Assembly: GCA_964355925.1 (NCBI GenBank)
Contig: CAYHFN010000004.1
Coordinates: 2,386 to 66,385 of the forward strand
Length of the DNA stretch: 64,000 nucleotides
Reading direction: 5' to 3'
DNA from: an uncultured Chitinophagaceae bacterium
Lineage (GTDB): Bacteria > Bacteroidota > Ignavibacteria > UBA10030 > UBA8401
Both the position numbers and the translations under genes were made by a program. The notes under the pieces were generated by a model. That model was given only the letters and a program-made list of their open reading frames with translations. It was not told where the DNA came from and did no database searches. Positions 29,368-39,453 of this stretch are shown here, piece by piece (position 1 is the first letter of the stretch; each line of letters begins with the position of its first letter).

Positions 29368-30441
29368 TTATTTCGATTTTTTTGGTTCTTTTACCTGCGC
29401 TGTTGGTTTTTCATCATTTGTTTGAGTCTTTGCCGGCGCAGCTGTACTAACGCCTAATTTTATTCGAACTTCTTGATCAATTTGTTTTGCAATAGATTCA
29501 CTTGCAGTTAAGAATGCTTTTACAGAATCACGTCCTTGACCGATCCGTTCCTCTTTATAGGAAAACCATGAACCGCTCTTATTGATAATGTTCTGCTCAA
29601 CTGCAACATCAATTAGATCACCAAGTTTTGAAATTCCTTCATTATAGAGAATATCAAATTGAACTTCTTTGAACGGCGGGGCAACTTTATTTTTTACTAC
29701 TTTTACTTTTGTTCTGTTCCCAATAACATTTGTGCCATCTTTAATTGCCTCGATACGGCGAACATCCATTCTAATGGATGCATAAAATTTCAGCGCATTT
29801 CCACCGGTGGTAGTTTCGGGGTTTCCGAACATGATACCGATCTTCATTCGCAATTGGTTTGTGAAAATAACAGTAGTTTTCGATTTCGAAATTGCTGAAG
29901 TAAGTTTGCGAAGTGCCTGCGACATTAAGCGAGCATGAACACCCATTGTGGGGTCACCCATTTCGCCTTCAATTTCGGCTCGCGGTGTAAGAGCAGCAAC
30001 AGAATCGATAACAACAACATCAAGAGCGCCGCTACGTACGAGTGTTTCAACGATCTCGAGAGCTTGTTCGCCAAATTCCGGCTGTGATAAAAGAAGTGAA
30101 GAGGTATCAACTCCAAGTTTTCTTGCGTAAGCAACGTCAAGAGCGTGTTCGGCATCGATAAAAGCACAGATGCCACCGGTTTTTTGTGCTTCAGCGATAA
30201 TATGAAGGCAAATTGTCGTTTTACCGGAAGATTCCGGTCCATAAATTTCAACAACGCGTCCACGTGGAACACCGCCAACACCAAGTGCTGCATCAAGTGA
30301 AATAGAACCGGTTGAGATCGCATCAATTTTCATGATCGGTCCATCAGTTAACTTCATGATAGAACCTTTTCCATGTTGTTTTTCAATTTGCTCTAATGCG
30401 ACCTTTAGCGCCTGAACTTTTGCTTCTTTATCTTCAGCCAT
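29368..30441 (-). CDS. recA: recombinase RecA
   Basis: GPESSGKTT Walker [12 protein letters not shown], with a Lys-rich tail. Confidence 0.97.
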   Translation of the reverse strand: MAEDKEAKVQALKVALEQIEKQHGKGSIMKLTDGPIMKIDAISTGSISLDAALGVGGVPRGRVVEIYGPESSGKTTICLHIIAEAQKTGGICAFIDAEHALDVAYARKLGVDTSSLLLSQPEFGEQALEIVETLVRSGALDVVVIDSVAALTPRAEIEGEMGDPTMGVHARLMSQALRKLTSAISKSKTTVIFTNQLRMKIGIMFGNPETTTGGNALKFYASIRMDVRRIEAIKDGTNVIGNRTKVKVVKNKVAPPFKEVQFDILYNEGISKLGDLIDVAVEQNIINKSGSWFSYKEERIGQGRDSVKAFLTASESIAKQIDQEVRIKLGVSTAAPAKTQTNDEKPTAQVKEPKKSK

Positions 30442-30535
30442 AATGCTCCTGATTTACGTGTAATTAAAAAATGTAACAATTAAATTTAGTCTGTTGCAAA
30501 GTAATGGTTTCAACGCTCTGAATCAAGAATGAAAT

Positions 30536-31786
30536 TTAAGAAAGTTTGAGTAGTTTTCTACGCAATAATTCCAACGCCGCTTGCGATGCACGCTCTTTAA
30601 ATCGTATCCGATTATCACCAAAATTGAACTTGATTGCAAATGTAGATTCGGAATCAGAATATCCGATAAAGCAAAGTCCAACCGGTTTATCAGTTGTGCC
30701 ACCAGTTGGTCCTGCAATTCCTGTAATAGAAAGAGAAATGTCTGCTTTTGCAGTAAGGCGGACGCCGCTTGCCATTGATTCAGCAACTTCTTTGCTGACA
30801 GCACCAAAATCCGCAATAGTTTTTTTGGAAACCCCAAGTTCGTCTATCTTTAGTTGATTGCTGTATGTGACAAAACCGCCGAGAAAATATTCAGAACTCC
30901 CCGAAACATTTGTAATTCTATTTGCGATCAATCCGCCAGTGCACGATTCCGCGGTTGTTATTGTCAGTTTTTTCTTTTTCAATAAATCGCCGATAACATC
31001 TTCTAAATCTTTTTCGTCATCGGAGTAAATATATTTTCCAATTTTCGATCGAAGAATTTGTTCTGCATGAACAATCTTTGTTAGTGCAGACTCGGCGGAT
31101 TTCTCTTTAACTGTTATTCGTAACTTCGTTCCCATCGGATTGGGGAGAAATGCTAGCGTTACCGTTCCATCAGTTCCTATCACTTCAGCAATATTGCCGA
31201 TCTCGTTTGCTAACATTGATTCGCCGATACCAGTGGTTTTCAACGTTCGATGTTGTATAATTGATCCATTATTTTTTTTCTTAAGGAAGGGAAGTATCCA
31301 TCCATCGATCATTCCTTTCATTTCGAAAGGAACACCCGGCATAACAAAAAAATATTTATTATCTCGTACGAATAGCATTCCGGGAGCAGTACCGATCAAA
31401 TTTGGGATTACCGTAGAATTTTTTGGCACAAGTGCTTGATCTATATTCGATTGGATCATGACAATATTTCTTTTTTTAGCTAATGTCTTTATATGGTCAA
31501 GCACCTCATTATCTATAACGAGTTCAGTATTAAAGAATTCACACACTATTTTTTTTGTAATATCGTCATGGGTTGGACCAAGTCCGCCGGTAACGCAGAC
31601 AACATCAACACGATTAAATGCCGTAGTAAATGCATCAGTAATAGCTTCAGCGCTGTCTCCAACGGTTGTCATCCGTTCACAATAAATACCAACGCTATTC
31701 AATTTCTCAGCGATGTATGCTTGATTGGTATTGATAATCTGCCCGATAAGAAGTTCATCACCGATCGTAATAATTTCTGCTGTCAT
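30536..31786 (-). CDS. cinA: competence/damage-inducible protein CinA (MoCF-binding domain + PncC-type NMN amidohydrolase)
   Basis: MTAEIITIGDELLIGQIINTN N-terminus. C-terminal TAESCTGG motif. Confidence 0.9.
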   Translation of the reverse strand: MTAEIITIGDELLIGQIINTNQAYIAEKLNSVGIYCERMTTVGDSAEAITDAFTTAFNRVDVVCVTGGLGPTHDDITKKIVCEFFNTELVIDNEVLDHIKTLAKKRNIVMIQSNIDQALVPKNSTVIPNLIGTAPGMLFVRDNKYFFVMPGVPFEMKGMIDGWILPFLKKKNNGSIIQHRTLKTTGIGESMLANEIGNIAEVIGTDGTVTLAFLPNPMGTKLRITVKEKSAESALTKIVHAEQILRSKIGKYIYSDDEKDLEDVIGDLLKKKKLTITTAESCTGGLIANRITNVSGSSEYFLGGFVTYSNQLKIDELGVSKKTIADFGAVSKEVAESMASGVRLTAKADISLSITGIAGPTGGTTDKPVGLCFIGYSDSESTFAIKFNFGDNRIRFKERASQAALELLRRKLLKLS

Positions 31787-31791
31787 CGAAT

Positions 31792-32292
31792 TCAGAATAG
31801 TGAGATGCGGAAAGCAACCTGAAGAATTACATTTGTGTATAATCCTGCAATAACATCATCAAGCATAATATTCCAACCGCCTTCTCGCTTGTCAAATTCA
31901 CCGGCAGGATAAGGTTTGAGAATATCGAGTATTCTGAAAATTAAGAAGGCGAGGAACACATTAAGAATTGTGATTTGGATAAACCACAAGCTCAACCACA
32001 TCCCAACAATTTCATCAACGGTTACAACACTTGGATCTTGACCATATGCCTTTTCCATTTTATCGGCAACAAAACCTCCAATGACGAAGAGAATGATCGT
32101 TGCAGGAATAATACTGTACAGTGATGAGAAATTTGGAATAAGAAAAAATAGCAATGCGATTGCAGAACCAACTGTTCCGGATGCTATCGGCGAATATCCC
32201 GTGAAAAATCCTGAACCGATAAATTTTGTAAAAAAATCAAGTTTAGATTTTTCAGTTTGCGATTCGTTCGGAGTCTGTTCCATTAGATTCAC
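31792..32292 (-). CDS. pgpA: phosphatidylglycerophosphatase A
   Basis: GSGFFTGYSPIASGTVGS...DEIVGMW...DILKPYP pattern. Confidence 0.85.
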   Translation of the reverse strand: MNLMEQTPNESQTEKSKLDFFTKFIGSGFFTGYSPIASGTVGSAIALLFFLIPNFSSLYSIIPATIILFVIGGFVADKMEKAYGQDPSVVTVDEIVGMWLSLWFIQITILNVFLAFLIFRILDILKPYPAGEFDKREGGWNIMLDDVIAGLYTNVILQVAFRISLF

Positions 32293-32929
32293 TTAGAAAT
32301 AAGTTTTTGAGAATGATTCTATTTGTGGAAATATATACAATGCTTGTCCATACAGTTAAAAGTGTTGTTATCATCATTAATACGTACATAATAATTGGTG
32401 AGGCAACAATATCAAAAATCCATCCAAAATGGAAATTGAGTTCAGATGAAGTTCGAACAATATAATGAACCAAAAAAAGATAAATAACAACGAGTTGAAC
32501 AAATGTTTTGGTCTTCGCAAATCCGCTGGTGTTGATCGGGGTATTTTTGAATTCAGCGTATGCGCGGAGCAAAGTCATCGCAAAATCCCGGATGACTATT
32601 AGAATCACCATCCATAATTCAGCATAACCGATTGCAACAAATGAAAAGAATGCAGCCGAAGTTAATACTTTATCTGCTAATGGATCAAGAAATTTTCCCC
32701 ACCGTGTGATAAAACCCCAGCGCCGAGCAACATATCCGTCATACCAATCAGTGATGGCGGCAAATATAAAAATACCCAACGCAATTTGCTTATCCATCGG
32801 ATCGTTTGAAAAAAGGAAATAGACAAATACCGGCGTCAGTAAAATACGGAAGAGTGTTAATTGGTTTGGCGGAGAAATAGGAATTCGATACATATGTGGA
32901 AGACAAAATACTCCATTTTCTATCATCAA
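32252..32929 (-). CDS. pgsA: CDP-diacylglycerol--glycerol-3-phosphate 3-phosphatidyltransferase (start may be Met13 at 32893)
   Basis: CDP-alcohol phosphatidyltransferase motif DWYDGYVARR...G..LDPLADK. Confidence 0.88.
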   Translation of the reverse strand: MMIENGVFCLPHMYRIPISPPNQLTLFRILLTPVFVYFLFSNDPMDKQIALGIFIFAAITDWYDGYVARRWGFITRWGKFLDPLADKVLTSAAFFSFVAIGYAELWMVILIVIRDFAMTLLRAYAEFKNTPINTSGFAKTKTFVQLVVIYLFLVHYIVRTSSELNFHFGWIFDIVASPIIMYVLMMITTLLTVWTSIVYISTNRIILKNLFLSESNGTDSERIAN

Positions 32930-33025
32930 TCAACATTTTACATTTACAATTATTAACCCTATGGTAATGGTTTATTGTGATATTTTTATTATTTTATTAC
33001 ATAATATTTATGGAGAAAATAAGCA

Positions 33026-36000
33026 ATGAAGAATTTGTATAGCATTATATTATTTTTTGTAATCAGTGTTATATCAATGAATGCGCAACCTGCCATTCAT
33101 GTTGTTATTAGTGAAGTGTATGGTGGGGGGGGGAATACGGGTGCTGTATTAAAAAACGATTTTATTGAACTTTATAATCCAACCGATGCGGTTGTTTCGC
33201 TTGATGGTTGGTCAGTGCATTATATGTCTGGTGGTGCAAGTGGCATTTTCCCTTCAACGCCTGGTACACCTTTAAGTGGAGCCATAGCACCTAAGGGTTA
33301 CTATCTTATTCAGGAAGCGGCTGGAACAGGAGGGACCCAAAATTTACCAGCACCCGATGCTATAGGTGGACTTGCATTAGGTGGAACAGCCGGTAAAATT
33401 ATTTTATCGAAAGCAGCGATTGCAGTTACTTCGCTTACCGATCCAAATTTGGTTGATTTTGTTGGATATGGAACGTCTGCAATTTTCGAAGGTACAGGTC
33501 CGGCACCAACACCAGCAAACACAACAAGTGTAGAACGTAAAGCATCTGTTACGTCTACAGTAACAACAATGGGTATTGGCGGCATAGAGGAATTGGCAGG
33601 AAATGGATATGATTCAAATAACAATTCCGCTGATTTTATTGTTAGAGTACCTCAACCTCAGAATTCATCAAGCCCAACGGAACCGAAATCGACATCAGGA
33701 GATATTATTCCACCGTGGGTTTTATCGATGAAATCTCTTTCGAGCACTCAAATTGAAATTCTTTTTAACGAACCGCTCGACTCGCTCGCATCATCGACGA
33801 TAACGAATTATGTAGTTTCAAAATCTATCAATGTATTGCAAGCGAATCGTGATATTACAAATCTCGGAAAAGTTGTGTTGACGACTTCATTAATGACGAA
33901 TGATACATACACACTTACTATTCAAAATGTAAAAGATACAGCAAAAAATATAATGTCTGCGCGTATAATGTCATTTAGCGTTGGTATTCTTACGATTGCG
34001 CAAGCTCGAGCCGTTGGTACAGGTTTATCCATGCGAGTTCGCGGAATAATTACAGCAGGGAACGAATTCGGATCACCGCCGGCATACATTCAAGACAGTA
34101 CCGGAGGATTAGCAGTTTTTAACTTTAACTTTGTTTTAAGCGCAAAGGTGGGTGATTTATGGGAACTTGGCGGTACGCTTAAAGATTTTAATGGACTATT
34201 AGAGATTGACCCGCTTTCAGATTCTGTGAAGATCAGTACCAATAATCCACGCCCTGTTCTGAAACAATTAAACTCAACACTTTTGAATGAATCGGTCGAA
34301 TCACAATTAGTTCGTGTAAATAAAGTGAAATTTGCAGCGGCCGGATTGTTTGCAACAGGTGTTGATAGTGTTTATGCGGCCGGTGATGCATTTGGTCCGC
34401 TGACCGTATATGTCAGCAAGGGATCCAACATCGTTGGATCTTCCATTCCGGCAGATTCCGTTAATCTGATTGGAATTGTTAATGAACGTAATGGTGTTTA
34501 TCGTTTGCTTCCCCGAACACTTGCAGATATTAATGTCATCGATCCTCCAGAATCACAAACCTGGCTCGATATCAACATTGCCCGTTCACACGCAGATGGT
34601 GATACCGTAAAAGTTCGTGGAGTTGTAACATATGGACAACCATCTAAAACAGCGGCAAAGACAATTTTTCTTCAAGATTTTTCTGGAGGAATTGCAGTGT
34701 ATGATGCGAAGACTGATACACTGCTTCTCGGTGATTCCGTTGAAGTGAAAGGTGTTCTGAAACAGTTCAGCGGTCTGCTTGAATTGTCGCCAGTCGATTC
34801 TGTTCGCCTTCTTCTCCGTGGTCTTCCTCTTCCACCACCAAAAAATATTACACTTGTGCAGGCATCAGAGGCGTATGAAGCACAGCTTGTGAAAATAAAT
34901 GGAGTGCGTTTTGTAGAATCTGGTAACTTTACAGGTGGGACTAATGGCACCACATACAATGTCTCTGATGGTTCAACACAATTGAACGTTCGTATCCCAT
35001 TTGGTTCTGCGCTCGAAGGTAAACTAATTCCTGTTGGGTTGCTCGATCTTGTAGGTGTAATGGGACAATTTAATCTGTCATATCAGGTTATACCGCGAAC
35101 CTCAGAAGATTTAATTGTCTACCCAGGACCGCAAATTACTTCCTTACCGACGATATCTTCTTTAACCGATTCAAGTTTTACTATCAATTGGTCAACGTTT
35201 TTTCCCGGTAACTCTATTGTGTATTACGGCTATACGAAAAATTTAAAAGATTCGGTGATAGATGCTGCACTAGCGACCAACCATTCCGTCACAGTATCAG
35301 GTTTAAAATCGGGCCGCATTTATTTTTATCAAGTTTTTTCAGCAAATAATTTAGGAACCGCGGCGTCATTTATTGTTTCGCAAGTGACCACGTCTTCTGC
35401 AAGTTCCGGACAGATGTATATCTATTTCAATTACTCGGTTGATGCAACGTATGGAATTACACCACTTGCCAATGGGAATACAAATTTACTTAACAAGTTG
35501 TTGGAACGAATCCATAACGCGACACAGAGTATTGATATGGCTGTGTATTCGTACGATGATTTCTCGGGGACTTCGGGAATTGTTTCTGACCGCATTTCGG
35601 ATTCACTTATTGCCGCAAAAAATCGTGGCGTTAAAATACGAGTGGTTTTTGACAATAAGGTAACCTCAGCACCATTAAGCCGACTGGAGTCAAGTGGTAT
35701 TTCAGTGATGAAACGAAACGTTACCACCGGCCTTATGCACAACAAGTTCTTTGTGTTTGATGGAAGAGATACAACCAAAGCGACAGATGATTGGGTGATC
35801 ATGGGTTCATGGAATGTTACGAATGATGGCACGAAGAAAGATGCGCAAAATGCCGTTTTCATTCAGGATCAATCACTTGCTCGTATCTATACGGTAGAAT
35901 TTGAAGAAATGTTTGGAAGTTCGACGGAAACGAAAAATGAAATTCAAGCCCATTTTGGTCCGATGAAAGCCGATAACACACCGCATGTAACATTTATTGC

Positions 36001-36763
36001 AGGTACAAAGGTAGAAAGTTATTTCAGCCCGTCGGATCATACAACCTCTGGCATTATCCGTGCACTTTCCAGTGCAGATCACGACATTTTCTTTGGAGTG
36101 ATGTCTTTCACGCGATCTGACATTGCACAATCCTTGATTTCCAAAAAGAATAATGGAATAAAAGTACGTGGCATTATTAATGATCAGTCAGGAAGTGTGC
36201 TGGGAACATTGCAGTCGGCAGGGGTTGATGCATTTGTGGCGAACCACGATACAGTGAAAGGAATTTTTCATCACAAATATGCGGTAATCGATCCGTTCAA
36301 TGATGAAAGTGATCCTATGGTGATTACCGGAAGTCATAACTGGTCGGGGAATGCTGAAAATGACAACGATGAAAACACAGTTATTATCCATTCAGGTGCC
36401 ATTGCCCGTCAGTATGCCCAGGAATTTGCAAAACGATATAAAGAAGGCGGCGGTACCGGTGCAATTTTGAAAGTAGAGAAAATGGAAGGAACTCTTCCGA
36501 CAGATTTTTCTCTGAGTCAAAATTTCCCTAATCCATTCAACCCGACGACGAAGATAACATTCTCTGTAAAACATGCTGGATTGAGTACGGTAAAAGTATA
36601 CGATTTACTAGGTAGAGAGATAGCAACGGTATTAAATGAGAATCTTGCAGCGGGAAATTATACCATAGAATGGAATGGAACCAACCTTGCTAGTGGAGTG
36701 TATTTCTATCAAATGCGATCCGGTGATTTTGTTGCAACCCAAAAAATGATCTTGCAAAAATAG
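33026..36763 (+). CDS. secreted multidomain protein: lamin-tail domain, Ig-like domain, two OB-like modules, Fn3, PLD-superfamily domain (2x HKD), T9SS C-terminal sorting domain
   Basis: Signal peptide. LTD motif VISEVYGGGGNTGAVLKNDFIELYNPT. Duplicated module V(R/K)VRG(I/V)(I/V)T...IQD/LQD..GG(L/I)AV...G.LK.F.GLLE(I/L). HNKFFVFD...GSWN and HHKYAVID...GSHNWS. Tail NFPNPFNPTTKITF. Confidence 0.85.
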   Translation: MKNLYSIILFFVISVISMNAQPAIHVVISEVYGGGGNTGAVLKNDFIELYNPTDAVVSLDGWSVHYMSGGASGIFPSTPGTPLSGAIAPKGYYLIQEAAGTGGTQNLPAPDAIGGLALGGTAGKIILSKAAIAVTSLTDPNLVDFVGYGTSAIFEGTGPAPTPANTTSVERKASVTSTVTTMGIGGIEELAGNGYDSNNNSADFIVRVPQPQNSSSPTEPKSTSGDIIPPWVLSMKSLSSTQIEILFNEPLDSLASSTITNYVVSKSINVLQANRDITNLGKVVLTTSLMTNDTYTLTIQNVKDTAKNIMSARIMSFSVGILTIAQARAVGTGLSMRVRGIITAGNEFGSPPAYIQDSTGGLAVFNFNFVLSAKVGDLWELGGTLKDFNGLLEIDPLSDSVKISTNNPRPVLKQLNSTLLNESVESQLVRVNKVKFAAAGLFATGVDSVYAAGDAFGPLTVYVSKGSNIVGSSIPADSVNLIGIVNERNGVYRLLPRTLADINVIDPPESQTWLDINIARSHADGDTVKVRGVVTYGQPSKTAAKTIFLQDFSGGIAVYDAKTDTLLLGDSVEVKGVLKQFSGLLELSPVDSVRLLLRGLPLPPPKNITLVQASEAYEAQLVKINGVRFVESGNFTGGTNGTTYNVSDGSTQLNVRIPFGSALEGKLIPVGLLDLVGVMGQFNLSYQVIPRTSEDLIVYPGPQITSLPTISSLTDSSFTINWSTFFPGNSIVYYGYTKNLKDSVIDAALATNHSVTVSGLKSGRIYFYQVFSANNLGTAASFIVSQVTTSSASSGQMYIYFNYSVDATYGITPLANGNTNLLNKLLERIHNATQSIDMAVYSYDDFSGTSGIVSDRISDSLIAAKNRGVKIRVVFDNKVTSAPLSRLESSGISVMKRNVTTGLMHNKFFVFDGRDTTKATDDWVIMGSWNVTNDGTKKDAQNAVFIQDQSLARIYTVEFEEMFGSSTETKNEIQAHFGPMKADNTPHVTFIAGTKVESYFSPSDHTTSGIIRALSSADHDIFFGVMSFTRSDIAQSLISKKNNGIKVRGIINDQSGSVLGTLQSAGVDAFVANHDTVKGIFHHKYAVIDPFNDESDPMVITGSHNWSGNAENDNDENTVIIHSGAIARQYAQEFAKRYKEGGGTGAILKVEKMEGTLPTDFSLSQNFPNPFNPTTKITFSVKHAGLSTVKVYDLLGREIATVLNENLAAGNYTIEWNGTNLASGVYFYQMRSGDFVATQKMILQK

Positions 36764-36785
36764 GGAAAGAGTTATTGATTATTCA

Positions 36786-36819
36786 GGGAAGAACTCAAAC
36801 AGAGTTCATTCCTTTTTTT
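36786..36819 (+). terminator. rho-independent terminator
   Basis: GAACTC aaaca GAGTTC core stem with extended pairing, followed by T7. Confidence 0.7.
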
Positions 36820-36913
36820 ATTGCTATCGGTATTCATTTTTTATTCTCGTCGTTAGCGTATTGCTTCTCCACTGCTCATTTGTTATTTTCACACATACAT
36901 AATGTGAATATCG

Positions 36914-37450
36914 ATGATCTCTCGCACTGAAATACGGCATATCTTCAATACTTCAAAGAACTTCAATGAATTGTTCGACGCATTCAATGCTGCGATACAT
37001 CAAGGAATTGATGATGTAGAAATATATCGTATTCTTTTTTGGAATGATTCTCTTGGAAACGATGAACTGATATTATTTGGTGAGAAACTTGCAAAAGAAT
37101 TTCGTCATATCGCTTACGATGTGTACATGTGGCTGGCAAATATCTTTGAAGTCCTTTATGGCAAAAAGGATAATTACGAATTGGCGTTGATATATTTTCA
37201 AAAAGCTGCTGCAATAAAACCTGAGCAAACCGATCCGTATCTTGATGTTTGTGATTGTTATAACCCTGATATCGATATTCCCCCTGCAAAAATGTTGATT
37301 GAATTTTTGAAGATAGGTCTTGAACTTGTCGACAGTAAGAAAAGTATCGCACTTCGTCTGGCTATTCTCTATCAGGCTATAGGCGAAAATGACCTTGCAG
37401 AATATTACCGTGTAAAGTTCGACGATGCAGGGGAAAGTCCCCTTAAATGA
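36914..37450 (+). CDS. hypothetical helical (TPR-like) protein
   Basis: 178-aa ORF coupled by ATGA to the next gene. YFQKAAAIKPEQTDPY resembles a TPR turn. No specific family recognised. Confidence 0.5.
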   Translation: MISRTEIRHIFNTSKNFNELFDAFNAAIHQGIDDVEIYRILFWNDSLGNDELILFGEKLAKEFRHIAYDVYMWLANIFEVLYGKKDNYELALIYFQKAAAIKPEQTDPYLDVCDCYNPDIDIPPAKMLIEFLKIGLELVDSKKSIALRLAILYQAIGENDLAEYYRVKFDDAGESPLK

Positions 37451-38349
37451 AAAACCGGAAAGGGTATATTGCTATTTCACTCGCCGCAGTGTTATGGGGA
37501 GTTGCGGCAACTGTAGCAAAATCATTCTTCAATAAAGCTTACGAACCGCTCATTCTTGTACAAATGCGGGTGACATTATCATTCGCAGTTCTCTTTTTAT
37601 TCTTCCTTTCAACCAATAGATCGTTATTAAAATTTTCAATTAAGGATATCCCTCATTTTCTTATTGTCGGAATTTTAGGCGTTGCTGGATCAAATTATTT
37701 TTATTATGCAGCGATCAAAGAAACAAATGTCTCGACTTCGATCCTTGTTCAATATACTGCTCCGATCATGGTGATGATCTATACAGTAGTATTTCAAAAA
37801 GAGAAATTGACTTTATCAAAAAACTTAGCACTAGTTTTGTCACTCAGCGGAATTTTTTTAGCTATCGGTGCTTATAACCCCGAGATAATAAACGGTAGCA
37901 AAATTGGAATTATCTATGCGTTGCTTGCCGCAGTTTCATTTTCCATTTTTAATATCAGCGGAAAATCATTAACACAGAAATATTCCATTTGGACAGGGTT
38001 AATTTATTTACTTGGTGCGGCGACACTTTTCTGGAGTTTTATCAATACACCGATGGAAATATTTAATGCGAACTATACATTTGAAGATTGGAAAGTGTTT
38101 GGAATTATCGCATTGATCTCAATCTTAATTCCATATTCATTGTATTATTATGGTCTTCATCATATCCAATCGAGTAAAGCGATCATCATCAGTACTCTAG
38201 AACCGATCGTCGCAATAATTTCTGAGTGGTTGTTCTTGAGCGGAAGAATGGGATTCATTCAAATGATTGGAGCGATATTTGTTATTACGGCGATCGTTGT
38301 CTTGCAAAAGGATTCAAAAAATGGTGAACTTATTTTGGTGCAGGAATGA
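37447..38349 (+). CDS. EamA/DMT-family transporter
   Basis: 300 aa, 10 predicted TM segments in two EamA halves. Confidence 0.8.
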   Translation: MKNRKGYIAISLAAVLWGVAATVAKSFFNKAYEPLILVQMRVTLSFAVLFLFFLSTNRSLLKFSIKDIPHFLIVGILGVAGSNYFYYAAIKETNVSTSILVQYTAPIMVMIYTVVFQKEKLTLSKNLALVLSLSGIFLAIGAYNPEIINGSKIGIIYALLAAVSFSIFNISGKSLTQKYSIWTGLIYLLGAATLFWSFINTPMEIFNANYTFEDWKVFGIIALISILIPYSLYYYGLHHIQSSKAIIISTLEPIVAIISEWLFLSGRMGFIQMIGAIFVITAIVVLQKDSKNGELILVQE

Positions 38350-38927
38350 GACTTGAACGAAGAAAAAATAAAGTATTCAAAGTCCTTGAACAGCGTCAGC
38401 CCGATCTTACTGTTGTGATGGAAAATATTCATGATCCGCATAATGTAAGCGCAATGCTTCGTTCATCGGATGCAGTAGGAATCCATGAAGTGAATCTGGT
38501 CTATACCACGACAAAATATCCGAAGATCGGCAGTAAGAGCTCTTCTAGTGCGAATAAATGGATTGGCAGAAGAAAATTTTCTTCAATCCCTGAGTGCTAT
38601 CAACAGTTAAGAAAAGAAGGATTCCAAATTCTTGCAACACGATTGGATGAAAATGCGAAACAGTTATATGGTTTTGATCTTACTAAACCGACTGCATTTG
38701 TTTTTGGTAATGAGCATGGCGGAGTTACTGATGAAGCTGCTAACCTTGCGGATGCAACAATATATATTCCGATGATGGGGATGATCCAAAGTTTGAATGT
38801 CTCAGTTGCATGTGCGGTAACGATCTACGAAGCATTGCGACAGCGGATAGGAAAGGGATTTTACTCTAAATCAAGATTTGACCAGCAGATGTTAGAAAAA
38901 TTAAAAGAGGAGTGGTTGAAAAAATAA
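38346..38927 (+). CDS. trmH: SpoU-family tRNA (Gm18) 2'-O-methyltransferase
   Basis: RQPDLTVVMENIHDPHNVSAMLRSSDAVG and the C-terminal IPMMGMIQSLNVS knot motif. Confidence 0.85.
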   Translation: MRLERRKNKVFKVLEQRQPDLTVVMENIHDPHNVSAMLRSSDAVGIHEVNLVYTTTKYPKIGSKSSSSANKWIGRRKFSSIPECYQQLRKEGFQILATRLDENAKQLYGFDLTKPTAFVFGNEHGGVTDEAANLADATIYIPMMGMIQSLNVSVACAVTIYEALRQRIGKGFYSKSRFDQQMLEKLKEEWLKK

Positions 38928-38931
38928 TATT

Positions 38932-39432
38932 TTATACTCGAGCGAACAAATGAGTTTGAACAATCACCGCTAAAAAAATCAATAACGGCCAACCGACAAT
39001 AATCCACATCCATCCGATGGAAATGGCAATAAACAATAAGGGAAAAGAGAGCAGCAGAGAAATAGTATCAAATTTCTTGACAACGGAAATTGTGTTGATG
39101 GTAAGGAACAATGACACTGCGATGATAAATCCGAAAATAGAAATTTTGATCTGCAATCCAAGAACAAGTGCATAAACAATAATTATTAGTCCCAATGGTA
39201 AACGGCTTTTTCGAAAACCTTCGTGAAAAATAGATCTGTAATTTCTCCAGTACGGCATTCCATTCTCACCAACGTTGCGGCGCATAACGAGTGCTGAGAG
39301 AAAACCATTGATCATAATAATCCCAATCCCGAAAGGGATGAGCAAAAAATAAAACCCACCGATGAGAATCTTGTTGAACCATTCGTTGTCTGAAAAAATA
39401 GTGGAGAGAGCAATCGATAGTTTTTTCATCAT
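38932..39432 (-). CDS. hypothetical polytopic membrane protein
   Basis: 166 aa with 4-5 hydrophobic segments. No family recognised. Confidence 0.5.
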   Translation of the reverse strand: MMKKLSIALSTIFSDNEWFNKILIGGFYFLLIPFGIGIIMINGFLSALVMRRNVGENGMPYWRNYRSIFHEGFRKSRLPLGLIIIVYALVLGLQIKISIFGFIIAVSLFLTINTISVVKKFDTISLLLSFPLLFIAISIGWMWIIVGWPLLIFLAVIVQTHLFARV

Positions 39433-39453
39433 TTCATTAATATTATTTGGAAA

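Noticed and set aside
35431-36574. Several 60-143-aa minus-strand ORFs inside the LTD-PLD gene
   Set aside because: They are antisense to a gene with clear domain motifs along its entire length, and have low-complexity composition.
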